Shown piece after piece: positions 22,352-33,532 of a stretch of DNA of 64,000 bases. The notes under the pieces were generated by a model. It was not told where the DNA came from, made no database searches, and saw only the letters and a list, made by a program, of their open reading frames with translations. The stretch comes from Williopsis jadinii (lineage: Eukaryota): positions 186,001 to 250,000 of the forward strand of contig AP024667.1 of the NCBI GenBank assembly GCA_024346625.1, given 5' to 3'. Made by a program: the position numbers and the translations under genes. Every line of letters begins with the position of its first letter. The first letter of the stretch is position 1.

Positions 22352-23710
22352 TTAACCAAAGAGTCTATGCTTGTAAACCTTGAATACGTTTTTAACCAAT
22401 GGCCAGCCATTGTCACTTCTAACGGCATCACCGTTCTCTTGCAATCTTCTCAACAAGTAGTCCTTTGTTTCGACCGGTGGACCCCATGGTACGTATTTGA
22501 TGATGTTCTTGACACCTTGGTTCTCGATCAAGTCATAGGTAACGTCATCAGCCATTCCCAGGAGTTGGCCCAAGACAACGTTGGACTTGAAGGTTTGATT
22601 TGTAGAGTTATTGATCAAATCTGAAGCCAAACGGGAAGACTTGTGATTGTGGGAGGCAACAACCAAATGGCCCAGCGTTGCCTTTTCAGAGTTCTCCTTC
22701 AGATCGGTCAACACGTGTTGAATACCAGAGTTGTATGAGTTATCGGTGTCGGCTTTGGTGTCATGAATGACACCACGGTCCGGCTCAGAGTGGATATAAG
22801 CTCCTCTCACCAACTTCAAGCCAACCCTGTAGTTATGGGTACGAGCCAACTTCTCCTCCAACTTGATCATATCGAAGGAGTGCTTCAAGTACATCTGGAT
22901 GGTTCCAACAACTTGGACGAAATCGCCAATTTTGTTGAATCTTTGGAACAAGTTTCTCTGCAACTGATAGACACCTTGTTGCAAATCGTACTTCTCAGCA
23001 TCAATAACAGTCACGAAGAATGGGGACTTACGCTCTGGGTATTGCTTACCGAGTGTCTTGTTAAGCTCCGCAACCCTTTCGACAACTCTGGCACAGTTTT
23101 CGTTCAACTGGTCCCATTGTTGTTTATACTCTGGGTTCTCATAGTTCAGCAACACTTGCACTGGGTTTGAAATCACGGCAGAGGGCTTCAACACGATGTA
23201 GCCAGGTGGAATCTCGTTGATTTCGTGATCTGGCGACTCGGCCAAGCTCAAAATGTGTGGCTTCAAGATGGTATCGATGGACTTGATGGTCTCAGAGACA
23301 ATGTACTCGATATCGATGTTCTTGGTGCCTTCGGAGTCTTCAATGGTCAGCGAAAGCATCATGTTGTTGATGCCTCTCTTGGAGAGCTCCTCACCTGTCT
23401 GAATCACCTCCTTCGGCGTAGCACCACCACAGTAGATCTTGCCAATGAAGAAGTCCAACACCTGCGTTGGAATCAGAGGGAACATCTTGATAACCAAGTT
23501 CAAGATTGGCTTGTTCAGAGTGCACAGGCCAATGGCAGCGTAGTTGAACAGCATCCGGTTGCTCAGCGAGTCCAAGTACGTCTTGGTATATGGACTTGGC
23601 TGTGGAGCATTGTGCAAGGCATCCCCAGCAACAGTCGTCTTGGTGGAGTTGGTGGTATTAATGCCTCTCTTTGCTAAGCGCTGTAGCGCTCTGGACGAGA
23701 ATCTCTTCAT
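22352..23710 (-). CDS. PUT1: Mitochondrial proline dehydrogenase
   Basis: Basic presequence, VIDAEK, GTIQMYLK, GLKLVRGAY, VASHN, QLLGMAD, YLLRRLQEN. Confidence 0.96.
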   Translation of the reverse strand: MKRFSSRALQRLAKRGINTTNSTKTTVAGDALHNAPQPSPYTKTYLDSLSNRMLFNYAAIGLCTLNKPILNLVIKMFPLIPTQVLDFFIGKIYCGGATPKEVIQTGEELSKRGINNMMLSLTIEDSEGTKNIDIEYIVSETIKSIDTILKPHILSLAESPDHEINEIPPGYIVLKPSAVISNPVQVLLNYENPEYKQQWDQLNENCARVVERVAELNKTLGKQYPERKSPFFVTVIDAEKYDLQQGVYQLQRNLFQRFNKIGDFVQVVGTIQMYLKHSFDMIKLEEKLARTHNYRVGLKLVRGAYIHSEPDRGVIHDTKADTDNSYNSGIQHVLTDLKENSEKATLGHLVVASHNHKSSRLASDLINNSTNQTFKSNVVLGQLLGMADDVTYDLIENQGVKNIIKYVPWGPPVETKDYLLRRLQENGDAVRSDNGWPLVKNVFKVYKHRLFG

Positions 23711-24018
23711 GTTTGGTGCTTTGTCGTATGGCTAACCTGGGCGACACGAACGGAAGGAGCAGAACAGGCGAGCCAGTCTCCTTTTATAGAAGCGATGGGG
23801 TCATCCCGCCTAGCAACGAGAGCGATGTTGTTGATGATGCCGCAAACGACTGTGCTGCCAGCGCTCCGAGAGGGAAACGTACAGCGCGCGCCCTAACGAC
23901 AACGATAAGCGAACAGGCGAACAGGCTCCGGCAGAGTGTGCGGTGGGCCAGCAGGGAGAACCAGCGGGATCACCAGCGGGCGACGGTGGCAGCAGTGGCA
24001 GCAGGGGGCCACCACGAG

Positions 24019-24034
24019 CGGTCCAACTGAGCCG
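24019..24034. promoter_or_regulatory. Put3-type site CGG-N10-CCG upstream of PUT1, with nearby GATAAG sites
   Basis: CGG TCCAACTGAG CCG about 310 bp upstream of PUT1 ATG; GATAAG at 23904 and 24213, CTTATC at 24149; TATAAAA on minus strand near 23785. Confidence 0.6.
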
Positions 24035-24785
24035 AACACCCTGGAGAAGAGGCAATCTTACGATGGGCACGAGAAACAGAGAACGACACACGACAGCGGT
24101 GGTGTGTCTTTGCTTGGGCTGTCTGGGACGATCATTTTGACACAATCGCTTATCACTGCCTATGGGAGCAGCGAGGGAGGCTGCGACGCGGACGTTCGCC
24201 CGGGACGGTTTTGATAAGCGAAGTGGCCTGTGTGAGACAAACGGGATGGAGAAGGAAGGGCAAGCGATACGACGCGTATGGTACGGGAGAAGAGAGCAGG
24301 TGATCAGTGGGTATATATGAGGGCGTGAGGTTCTTTTCCCGGAGGACTTCAATGGAGATGGGGTGGTTCGACCTGGCAATTTCTTCTTGTAGGACAGAGC
24401 TTACCACAGTGGTTGTGGGTGGAAGCAGTCAACCACCGCAAGAGCAGAAAATCTCTGGAAACAGCAGCTGTACCCGATATGCTCGCCTATCGTTACCGCG
24501 CCCCGCGGCACCTCCGCTGGTGTCTGGAAAACGACTTAAACATCCAAACACCCGCCTAAACGTTGTTATCCTGGCAAGGGCACACCGGCGTTTCCTCGGA
24601 AACACAAGATACGCAGTTAGTACTCGGCCGCTTAGCCTGTGTTTCCAACTTGTTCACCATCGGGAGCAAAGCACTCCTCCATTACCTGTTTATGGGGACG
24701 TATTACCCATTGGAGTGAGTCAGCACCACCCGACAAGAGAGAGCAAGACGGTGAGAGAGTGTGTGTGAGTGTCGTGGGCGATCAG

Positions 24786-26678
24786 ATGCCTCCCAAGAAG
24801 AAAACAAAAGTCTTCAAGAGGTCGTTTGTTGGATGCTGGACGTGTCGTAGGAGGAAGGTCAAATGCGATGCTGCGAGACCGCACTGTACCAGGTGTACGA
24901 GGTCGAAACTGCGGTGCGAAGGTTATGATATCAAGCTGAACTGGATATCGAATCTTGTGCTGAGAGATGGTGAGATGCAGTCGTTGCCCGGCAGTGTGCC
25001 GATGGAGGAAGTGGACTCTACTGGCGGTGTCTCGAGATCTAATATTGAGCTGGTTAAATGGTGGCTGTACGATACGTATGAAGATATGGATGACGATCTA
25101 GCGTTGCTGGATAAGAAGAGGGACGGCTACGTGGGCCCGTTCACCGTTTTCACAGGGGGCTCAAGAAGAGGGCTAGGGAAGGTGGTCTCAGCGAAGAGAA
25201 TGTCATCAGGCCCAGCATCGGTGTCAACGTCTACGGTGAAGTCAAAGCTGTCGTTGTTCTCAAGCCCTTCAAGCCCTTCGAATGATGGTGATACGGAGGG
25301 CATCATCGATTCGTTCAAGTCTCTAACGACAGCGTGCATGGAATACGATGAAGATATAACACTGACAAAAGAGTCAGTGTTGCAGCTGTCAGATTTGATT
25401 CTACAGTTTATTCAACTGACGCCCTCGTTGTTCGATGAAACTATCCAAGAGGAGTTGAAAGACTCGATATTTAAGACAATGGGCAGATATGTGCTCACTG
25501 ATAATCCACTAGACCAGATCCTGCTACTTTCAGCGTCAGTGATCACATTGCTGTTCAACTCAACAATCAATGACAAGGAACAGATTGAAAAGATTATGAA
25601 ATATAGACACAGCATTGATTCAATATTCAAACAGCAGCTGCACGACTCCGATAAAGTTAACGACTATGATCTTTTACCGTTGTTATTGCTCTTGATGATT
25701 ATGATAAACTCCACAGTATCGATATACGATGGTGATTTGTTCATGTTCCATCTGTCCACATTCAAAAGGCAGAGAATCAACGAATACTACGAACTCTTCC
25801 AAGCAACAAACGTGTTGATAAACAGCCAGCAGTTTACATTTGATGACAAGTTCAAACTGATCTACGCAGATATGCTGGATCCCAAGTACAACATGCTTCA
25901 TGAGATCGAGGAAACAGTGAAAACCATTAAACAACAGAGACCATGGGGTAGAGTAGCTATTACTACTAGTGAAACACCGCCAGAGCAAATCATGAGGGTT
26001 CCCAAGCACCGCTTAGAGGAGCAAGAGGACTCAGATGACGAGGAACTAGGACCACCACCAACTTTTACCTTTTATTTCTCAAACAAAATGAGTGATGATG
26101 AAGATCAGGACAGATCTGATAATGACAACTACGATACTGAGATTATACACCCACCAGAAAGCCAAAGCTATGATAAAGACAATACCATATTCGAGTTCCC
26201 AGCTTCAACAACGTCTGTATACGGTATATCCTCTCATTTGGTTTATCTATTCGTGCAAATGTGTCAACTGGTGAACCATAAACGGTATTTCACCAAGGTA
26301 AGAATGAACTCAAGAAACTTTGCCAAAGTTTGTGCTGAATTTGAGGATTTGTTGCTATTGAAGGCACAGGATTCATGCAAGACAGTCCATGACGAACGTT
26401 GGCTTCATATGGTTACCATTCTCTATTTCATCTTGGTGAAAAATTATCCAAGATCAAGACTGTCATACCACTGGGACAAGCTGAGAGAACCCGTGCAATC
26501 TTGTCAAAGTGAAGAATTCGTTAACATAATGGTTGATACTACAATGAATGCTGAAATGAGTATACGATGGTGGAAAAACAACTGGAAGATCCAGGAATGG
26601 AAATGGATGAAACGAGATACGAGGAATAGACATTGGCTCTCTGAGGAGGATAGACCGAAAGATCTGTTTATATTCTAA
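24786..26678 (+). CDS. Zn(II)2Cys6 transcription factor, Arg81/Thi2-like
   Basis: GCWTCRRRKVKCDAARPHCTRCTRSKLRCEGYDIKLNW plus YEDMDDDL and GPFTVF segments typical of Arg81-family proteins; first ATG at 24786. Confidence 0.85.
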   Translation: MPPKKKTKVFKRSFVGCWTCRRRKVKCDAARPHCTRCTRSKLRCEGYDIKLNWISNLVLRDGEMQSLPGSVPMEEVDSTGGVSRSNIELVKWWLYDTYEDMDDDLALLDKKRDGYVGPFTVFTGGSRRGLGKVVSAKRMSSGPASVSTSTVKSKLSLFSSPSSPSNDGDTEGIIDSFKSLTTACMEYDEDITLTKESVLQLSDLILQFIQLTPSLFDETIQEELKDSIFKTMGRYVLTDNPLDQILLLSASVITLLFNSTINDKEQIEKIMKYRHSIDSIFKQQLHDSDKVNDYDLLPLLLLLMIMINSTVSIYDGDLFMFHLSTFKRQRINEYYELFQATNVLINSQQFTFDDKFKLIYADMLDPKYNMLHEIEETVKTIKQQRPWGRVAITTSETPPEQIMRVPKHRLEEQEDSDDEELGPPPTFTFYFSNKMSDDEDQDRSDNDNYDTEIIHPPESQSYDKDNTIFEFPASTTSVYGISSHLVYLFVQMCQLVNHKRYFTKVRMNSRNFAKVCAEFEDLLLLKAQDSCKTVHDERWLHMVTILYFILVKNYPRSRLSYHWDKLREPVQSCQSEEFVNIMVDTTMNAEMSIRWWKNNWKIQEWKWMKRDTRNRHWLSEEDRPKDLFIF

Positions 26679-26817
26679 TATGTGAACAGCTTGACAAGGT
26701 CAAAGGCAAAGACAAATAACGTCATTAATATTAAATATCATACTAAGAAAAGGCTAGAAGGTGTATAAAGGTAACGTACAACCACTATAATGACATGAGA
26801 ACACAATCTCCACCACA

Positions 26818-28437
26818 TTAGAAGAAATCCCATAGTTTCTGATACCACGTAAGCTTGACTGTCTCATCATGGTAGTCAATATCTTCTCTACGCCCTTCGT
26901 CGAGATCTATCTCGGACAAGTCCACAATTGAGAACCCTTTGAACAATCCAGCGACTCCGTATATGACAAGGATGAAGGGCAGTAAGATGTAGGCATCCAC
27001 GAAGTCACCAGCATCAAAGGGAGACAATGTAGTCCAACCTTGGACAAGAGCCAGAAATATGTTAGCACCGAGTCCAAACCACGCAATGTAGGGGTACAAT
27101 CTTGTTCTATACGGTAGCTGATTCAAGTCAAATCCCTGTATCCTCCAAGCATGTCTTATACGGATGTGTGTATAGCTAATCAGTCCCCAAACGATGAATA
27201 CAGCAACACCTGAAATGTTAACGATATAATTAAACGCATCCGAGGCACCTGTGCTGATGTTCATTATTGATAGCAAACCCAAGAGGTTCATAAGGGTCAC
27301 CGCAACAACTGGCACTCCCCTCTTATTCTTCCAGGCAACAATCTTTGGAGCCAGTCCTTCACTGGCCATATTTGTTAGAGTACGACTTCCAATGTAGATG
27401 GAACTGTTCACAGCAGACAGGCACGTCACGAGGATAAAGGCATTCACCAAGTCATAACCACCGGCCCAACCAGCATTGACAATGGCAATAGCAATTGGAG
27501 ACTTCAAGGCACGTTGACCAGCCAAGAGTCCTGGATCATTGGAAGGAACAGTTGCACCGTAAAAGATAGCAATGAAGAGATAGATGAAGATGATTCTGAA
27601 AACAGTCTGTCTGATAGCTTTTGGAATGGCACGGCGTGGATTCTTGGTTTCACTAACCGTTGTGGAGATACCTTCAACACCACTGAAGAAGGTGGAAACA
27701 TATGTAAAGACAGATGCAACACCTCTAAAGCCATGTGTCAACGCTCCAGGATCATTCCAGTAGTGGAATCCGAATGCTGGACGGTTTCTGACACCACCAG
27801 ATATGTAGATAACGGAAAAGATATAGTACGCAAGCAATCCAAAGATCTTGATGAGAGCCAGCCAGTATTCGGCTTCGCCAAAGGCAGATACTCCTAAGAG
27901 TTGAAAGCATTCAAAGGCCACCCAAAAGATAAGGATATAACCGTAGAGTGGTATCTTAGGCTCGGTATCCCAATACTGCATGATTGATGATAAAGTGTTG
28001 TATTCGTTACTCAGCACACAGAACCACACGATAACGTAGTTGTACCCACTGACTGCGCCCAGTGGGTTGCTGTGGAATCGTCTAGCCAGTGAAGTGAATC
28101 CATTACCTGTAGGATAGATACTGATCATCTCTCCTAAGGACACCATGATACTGTAAGCGACGAACCCTATGACAACAACGCCAATCAACAGGGCCAACGG
28201 ACCACCCATACGTAATGTGATACCCGCACCGACCAAGATACCTGGGCCAATGATACCAGCAAGGGCAATGAGCGAGATATGACGATCCTTCAGCCCTCTC
28301 TTGACACCAGTCTTTGGGTCAAATACCTCCACCTGGCCACCACTGGACTCATTGTGTGATCTGTTGATGTCCAGCGACTCAACGTAACGGAGAGACTCCG
28401 TATCTTCAACCTTCTTCACGTCACTGATATCAGACAT
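26818..28437 (-). CDS. Yeast amino-acid permease (APC/YAT family), substrate not assignable
   Basis: RGLKDRHISLIALAGIIGPG, FGEAEYW, ETKNPRRAIPKA, SSIYIGSRTL; about 12 hydrophobic segments. Confidence 0.92.
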   Translation of the reverse strand: MSDISDVKKVEDTESLRYVESLDINRSHNESSGGQVEVFDPKTGVKRGLKDRHISLIALAGIIGPGILVGAGITLRMGGPLALLIGVVVIGFVAYSIMVSLGEMISIYPTGNGFTSLARRFHSNPLGAVSGYNYVIVWFCVLSNEYNTLSSIMQYWDTEPKIPLYGYILIFWVAFECFQLLGVSAFGEAEYWLALIKIFGLLAYYIFSVIYISGGVRNRPAFGFHYWNDPGALTHGFRGVASVFTYVSTFFSGVEGISTTVSETKNPRRAIPKAIRQTVFRIIFIYLFIAIFYGATVPSNDPGLLAGQRALKSPIAIAIVNAGWAGGYDLVNAFILVTCLSAVNSSIYIGSRTLTNMASEGLAPKIVAWKNKRGVPVVAVTLMNLLGLLSIMNISTGASDAFNYIVNISGVAVFIVWGLISYTHIRIRHAWRIQGFDLNQLPYRTRLYPYIAWFGLGANIFLALVQGWTTLSPFDAGDFVDAYILLPFILVIYGVAGLFKGFSIVDLSEIDLDEGRREDIDYHDETVKLTWYQKLWDFF

Positions 28438-30399
28438 TATTACTACTGCTTCCCTGACGTTTACTTAGGCAAAGACGTAGGAAGAAATGCTACCTCCGTG
28501 CACTTTATATAACTTCTCACAGGACGAACTTGGAAGAACAGAAAGCTATGGCAGCACCAGGGAAAAGGAGCAAAGAAAGCTTTCTCTTATTCGTCGACGC
28601 ATACCTCTCAGACGTCAAGCTCATCTCGCAGCAATATAATAATTTCAGTATGTGTGTGATCTGTACCAGAAAATTTTACGACTTGGATGCGTATACACGA
28701 GCCACAATTGACACTTTAAATGCCACAATTGATGATGGAAGAAACCCATTGATGCGTAAGTGTATGTAAGTTTAGGTCGTAGTGCGACTGTATGGATACC
28801 ATATGTAGCTGTTTAGCCCTGTACAAATGGAAAGTTCGGACAATACCAAAGAGTTTACAGTCTGATCTTGTTATTTGGTCAAGGTTGGATGGAAAGCCTC
28901 AGTTAGTTCCGAGCTCATGAGTGACGGCTTCATTGTATGGTGGTGATGTCCGTAGTGATGTCAGTGAACCTATCGTGGCCACGGTGAACGGATGGAGTGC
29001 TGGAAAGGCGTATGATGTTCTGTGCACAACTGCGTGGTTAACAGGAACTCTGCAGATGCCTTGTACGAAGGGATTGGAGGAGGTGTTGTGATGTGAAGTT
29101 GGTGTATCAGGGTAAAGAGGGGGTTGAGAGTAATGAGGGGGGTCAGAGTCCATAGCATGCGGTGCAAACAGGAGAAAGTTCACAGACAGGTTGTTCATTT
29201 ATGTCTGAAATCATCTAATAAGTGCTCTATAAGTTGTCATATTAAGTTCCGTCTGACATCACTACACACAGCACTGGGGGCTCGATTTTCGAAGAAAGCT
29301 TCTATGGCCAAGTTGGTAAGGCGCTACACTAGTAATGTAGCGATCCTCAGTTCGACTCTGAGTGGAAGCACACTTCGTTTTTTTGCAGCGACCAAGACCA
29401 GTTTGGTAGGCGCCGCATAGGGCGGACCGCAGTAGCGTGCGAAGCTACGGGTTCAAGGTGCTGTGTGGATGCTTTTCTATTGTCATGAGCTTTATCATGG
29501 GTCGCTGTGTGCTTCTTTGATTAGTGTGATTTCGAACACCAAACAAGTAACGATTCACAAGAAAGGGTAAATGACGTTTAGAAAAATCGAGGATACTCTT
29601 AACTATGGAAGAGCCCTCGAAAAAAAGAGACAAACAAACATCGAATGGACGAAGAACATGGATCATTGGTGCTATTGTATAGTAGGCATATCGAAGGGTA
29701 TGGACGTTTTGCTTGGAGTTTCCTTCAAGCATTGATTTATGAGAGTGCATACCAAAAAAGTTGCCTGTTGAACGTTATTGTGTAGAGTGTCGCTTGTAAC
29801 TGTAATCTACAGGTACCCGATTGATAGTTATAGAAGCTATGGGCACGATGCTGGTGTGCAGCTACTAAGAAGTTGATACATTCTTTATATATTTGGATTC
29901 TTAACATAATATTTCAAACGTTTTATCCCATTGAAGACACTCTAGAATAATTCTTTCAATTTTATTTAAGATAGTTGGTCTCATGTTAACTTTTCTGAAA
30001 TATTTCTGTTGATCATTTTCAGGAAATGAATTTAGAAAAAAAAGTAAATTGGTATAACGACTAGACGTATAAGTTTCAAAAGCTGTTACTATGCAGATAT
30101 TCAAGTTACCTTAATCTCTTATGTGTGTCCAATTAGTTTTCCTTTTATTCTATTACATCCCTTCTCTCATTCTTACTTGTCTTATCTCTGAAACCGTAGA
30201 ATCGTATCCACTCTGCATCGTCATGTACAAGATTTATGTGGTGTAAGGATGTCACAACCTTCATGCTTCAAGTGCGTAAGCGTGGTGCTCGTTTGTTTGT
30301 TTTCAAGCCCTCAAAGTTTCCCCTTGATCACATGAAGATCACTTAGCAGATTAGACTAGCGTTGTTGGTCATGTCCATATGGTCAGGCTGGCCAAACGT

Positions 30400-30428
30400 C
30401 GTCGGCTCAACGTCGGCTCAACGTCGGC
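30400..30428. repeat. 11-bp tandem repeat (CGTCGGCTCAA x2.6)
   Basis: Direct reading of sequence. Confidence 0.8.
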
Positions 30429-31779
30429 GTGCAGTGTTGACAGATGTTGGAGGAGAACATGTCATGTGTATATAGTGTAGCTGATACAGAGGTGTCTCAA
30501 GGTTCTGTGCTTTGAATACCACGTTATATTATCTTCTTAAGCGGAAATGTGCCTGCTGCTGGTCTTTATACCGGTGCTCCTAGGAACCCTGTTGCCGAGG
30601 GCACTTATACTGCGAGTACTTACACTGTTACGCAGGAATGGAGAACCGTTTTATCACCATCAGTTTCCAAACTTACCAGTGGGACAGGTGTACCCTCCTC
30701 CTCATCCTTCTCCGCTTGCTACTCTATGATGTTGACTCCATAATTCACTAGATGTGCCTGTTACTGCCCATCATGAGGCGATTCCAGGCTCAGCTATGCC
30801 ATCTATGAGTGTTCTACCAGCTAACAATGCTACTGCATGCGCTCAACACGACGAAAGAAATAACGGTTCTGAGGATTTGCCTCAAAGAGCAGAACGTGGA
30901 GCAGAGAAAGAACTGGCACCAGCTTTCAGTCCAGCAAGTGACATCTCGGATTGTCCTCATACTGATCATATTACTGAGGCTTATATGGAAGTTAAGGCTG
31001 AGGCATTAGACAATGTAAAATGCACTTTCTTTATTGATGGACAGGCAAAGCGAGTCCAGAAAAGATGGGCTTAATGAGATCACCGCAGACGGTCACAAGC
31101 TCATCGAGTGACACTTGATTGCTAACATCTGCGTAGTAGTTGATGATAAGCTCACCATTGACAAGCCAAATGACTAAACAACATAGCTTGCTATATGACT
31201 CATGAATTGAAAGAAGTCGCTCCTGGAGACTGGAGGCTTTGGTTCCGTCTTCGTAACTCTCAAAGGACTTATTAGAACAGTTAGTCCTGCACCTTGAGAA
31301 AGATCACCAGCTGGATGTTGGAATTTATTTCGTTGCTGAACTTCTGTGTGATATTCCAGAAAGCAAAGTATTCAACAATATGTGGCATACTCTTCCTTGT
31401 TCTTATGCCAAGTTGACTTCCTCTTCTCAATTGTGGTTTCGAGTCTCAGAAATTCAGTATGAGTCAGATTCTCCAGACGATAGCACTTGTTGAAGGTCAT
31501 CATCGTTTTGGTCACATTCAAGAACAATATTCATCTCTTCAATTTTATACCACGACGGACGTTACTTGTACCTAGATTACATTTCACTGAACCATCTCAT
31601 AACTGTATAACTGTGGAAAGATCACAGGAACCTCTACACTTATGTAACCTCTTAAGCGAGAAATGTTACTATCCACATCATTTCAATGTTGACATCTCGC
31701 TGTGTAGATAGGCTGAAATTGAAGCCCTTCCAAAGCTACTGGATACAATTTATGTCTTTAACTCGTATTAATACTTCGA

Positions 31780-33051
31780 TCAATGTTCACTACGTTTACG
31801 CAGCTGGTATGTAGTATACAATGGGAACAACTGATCCTTGTTCTCGATCTCGACCGAGGAATTTGCAACGATCTTATCCAAAGCATCGTGGGTCTTTGAT
31901 ATCTCCAAGGTTTCCAGATCGACAAAGCTCAACATGCTATCGCTTTCCAAAGAAACGATGATCTTATCTGTTGTGCTTGTGAATGAAATGACTTTGTTGG
32001 GAAAATCGATTCTCTTGAAGAGGGACATTTTACCAGTTTCTTGGTCCAATTTGATAACCAACAACGATTTTGTAGCCTCCACTAGCACCACAATGGCATG
32101 TAGACTTGGTAGTTCCTTTATCTCAGCCACACTAATCTCCTTCAAGTCACCATTTGCGTTCTGGAACTTTGAAGGTGCCAAATGTGAATCGTCAAGCTCA
32201 ACAAGGTCTCTGATGTCGAACTTGTCCAACTTCTCCCCTTTAACCCAGTCCCATGAGATGATGTAATCATCACCACCTGCACTGATCAACACATTTGGTT
32301 GGAAACTTGGCACGAGCAAAGTGTTGACAAATTCCTCATGTCCGAATAAGAACGATTTAATGATGAACCCCTGTGGGTAATGAGACACTCTGATATGTTC
32401 GTCACGGTCGCAAGTGATGAGGTACTCATTCGAGTCGTGCTTGACGAGGAGTAAATCAGTAAGCATCGACACATGACCCAACACAGGATCAGTTTCACTG
32501 TTGATTTCCACAGGAGGATGTGAATCAATTGGCACCTTGTACACGTCACCAAACTTATCGCCTAGTAGCACCGTGGAACCATCTGTTGTTGTGGTGATGG
32601 CAGAAGGTCTCTTTGGGAAAGGCTGTCTCTTGATGAGCTCCAGGCAGTTTTCAGAGCCAAAGTTCAACTTAAATACGATACACGACTTGTCGGAATCAGT
32701 GGTGCAAACGAGATGCTCCTCTTGTGGAGTCAGTTGTAGAGATCTGATGTAGTTGTAGATCGTTGGTGCTCCATCGCCAGGCGTTGGAATCTTCGGCTCG
32801 GAGTTGTTGGATTTTCTCTTCTTCTTCGGCTGCACACCTTCCTTCTCAGCCTTCAGCGCATTCTCCTTGAGCTGTCTTTCCCTCTCGGCTTTGATCTTGG
32901 CCCTGAGAGATTCAGTGGTGTCAATATCGTCAACCCAGCTCCCCAATAGCTGGCCACTGGTCACTGAAAACACCTGCAGCTGGTTCTTTGTTGCCGTGAA
33001 GAGAACATCACCTGCTTTGTTCGACGTGATCAATTGGAATGGATGTTTCAT
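31780..33051 (-). CDS. TRM82: tRNA m7G46 methyltransferase WD40 subunit
   Basis: MKHPFQ start, FPKRPSAI, GDKFGDVY, LGHVSMLTD, DRDEHIRVSHYP. Confidence 0.95.
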   Translation of the reverse strand: MKHPFQLITSNKAGDVLFTATKNQLQVFSVTSGQLLGSWVDDIDTTESLRAKIKAERERQLKENALKAEKEGVQPKKKRKSNNSEPKIPTPGDGAPTIYNYIRSLQLTPQEEHLVCTTDSDKSCIVFKLNFGSENCLELIKRQPFPKRPSAITTTTDGSTVLLGDKFGDVYKVPIDSHPPVEINSETDPVLGHVSMLTDLLLVKHDSNEYLITCDRDEHIRVSHYPQGFIIKSFLFGHEEFVNTLLVPSFQPNVLISAGGDDYIISWDWVKGEKLDKFDIRDLVELDDSHLAPSKFQNANGDLKEISVAEIKELPSLHAIVVLVEATKSLLVIKLDQETGKMSLFKRIDFPNKVISFTSTTDKIIVSLESDSMLSFVDLETLEISKTHDALDKIVANSSVEIENKDQLFPLYTTYQLRKRSEH

Positions 33052-33107
33052 ACTTTGCCACGGTCACACAGATAGAGAAACCACGGGTATTAAAGGCATT
33101 GGAGAAG

Positions 33108-33161
33108 TGAAAAATTTCTCGAGGAAGCTCATCGCATCGCACACACAGGGGAAATTTTTCA
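33108..33161. promoter_or_regulatory. RRPE-PAC-RRPE upstream of TRM82
   Basis: TGAAAAATTT 33108, GCTCATCGC 33127, AAATTTTTCA 33152. Confidence 0.75.
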
Positions 33162-33532
33162 CTCTGCTTACATAATCTTTCACGGCTACCCATTGGCGAG
33201 GCATAATATGGCCATGGGGTTTTGACCGTGAAACCGGCGATGGTCTTAGTCTAACAGGATCACTCAGCATTGTCGCATGTGATCACTGGGACCAGACCAC
33301 CGAACTCGTTCTCGCCAGATCCAATTGCCCGTAGAATCATATTGTGTCCTGAGATTACGTCATAATTATAACAGAGATTATATCAGTGCAGCCTTGAAAA
33401 AAAGTTAATACGAAAAACTTTCCACTGTCTCACGTCTTGTGACTTTGAATACTCGATAAAAGCCCATATAAATCAGTATATTTGGTCTACAGACCCAGTG
33501 GCTGTGCACGTGTAACGATATTAAGAAGAAGC

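Noticed and set aside
23671..24768. Multiple ORFs in the PUT1-TF intergenic region
   Set aside because: GC-rich promoter with few stops; mostly non-ATG starts and no motifs
30400..30428. Short direct repeats resembling an array
   Set aside because: No spacers and eukaryotic context; simple tandem repeat, not CRISPR
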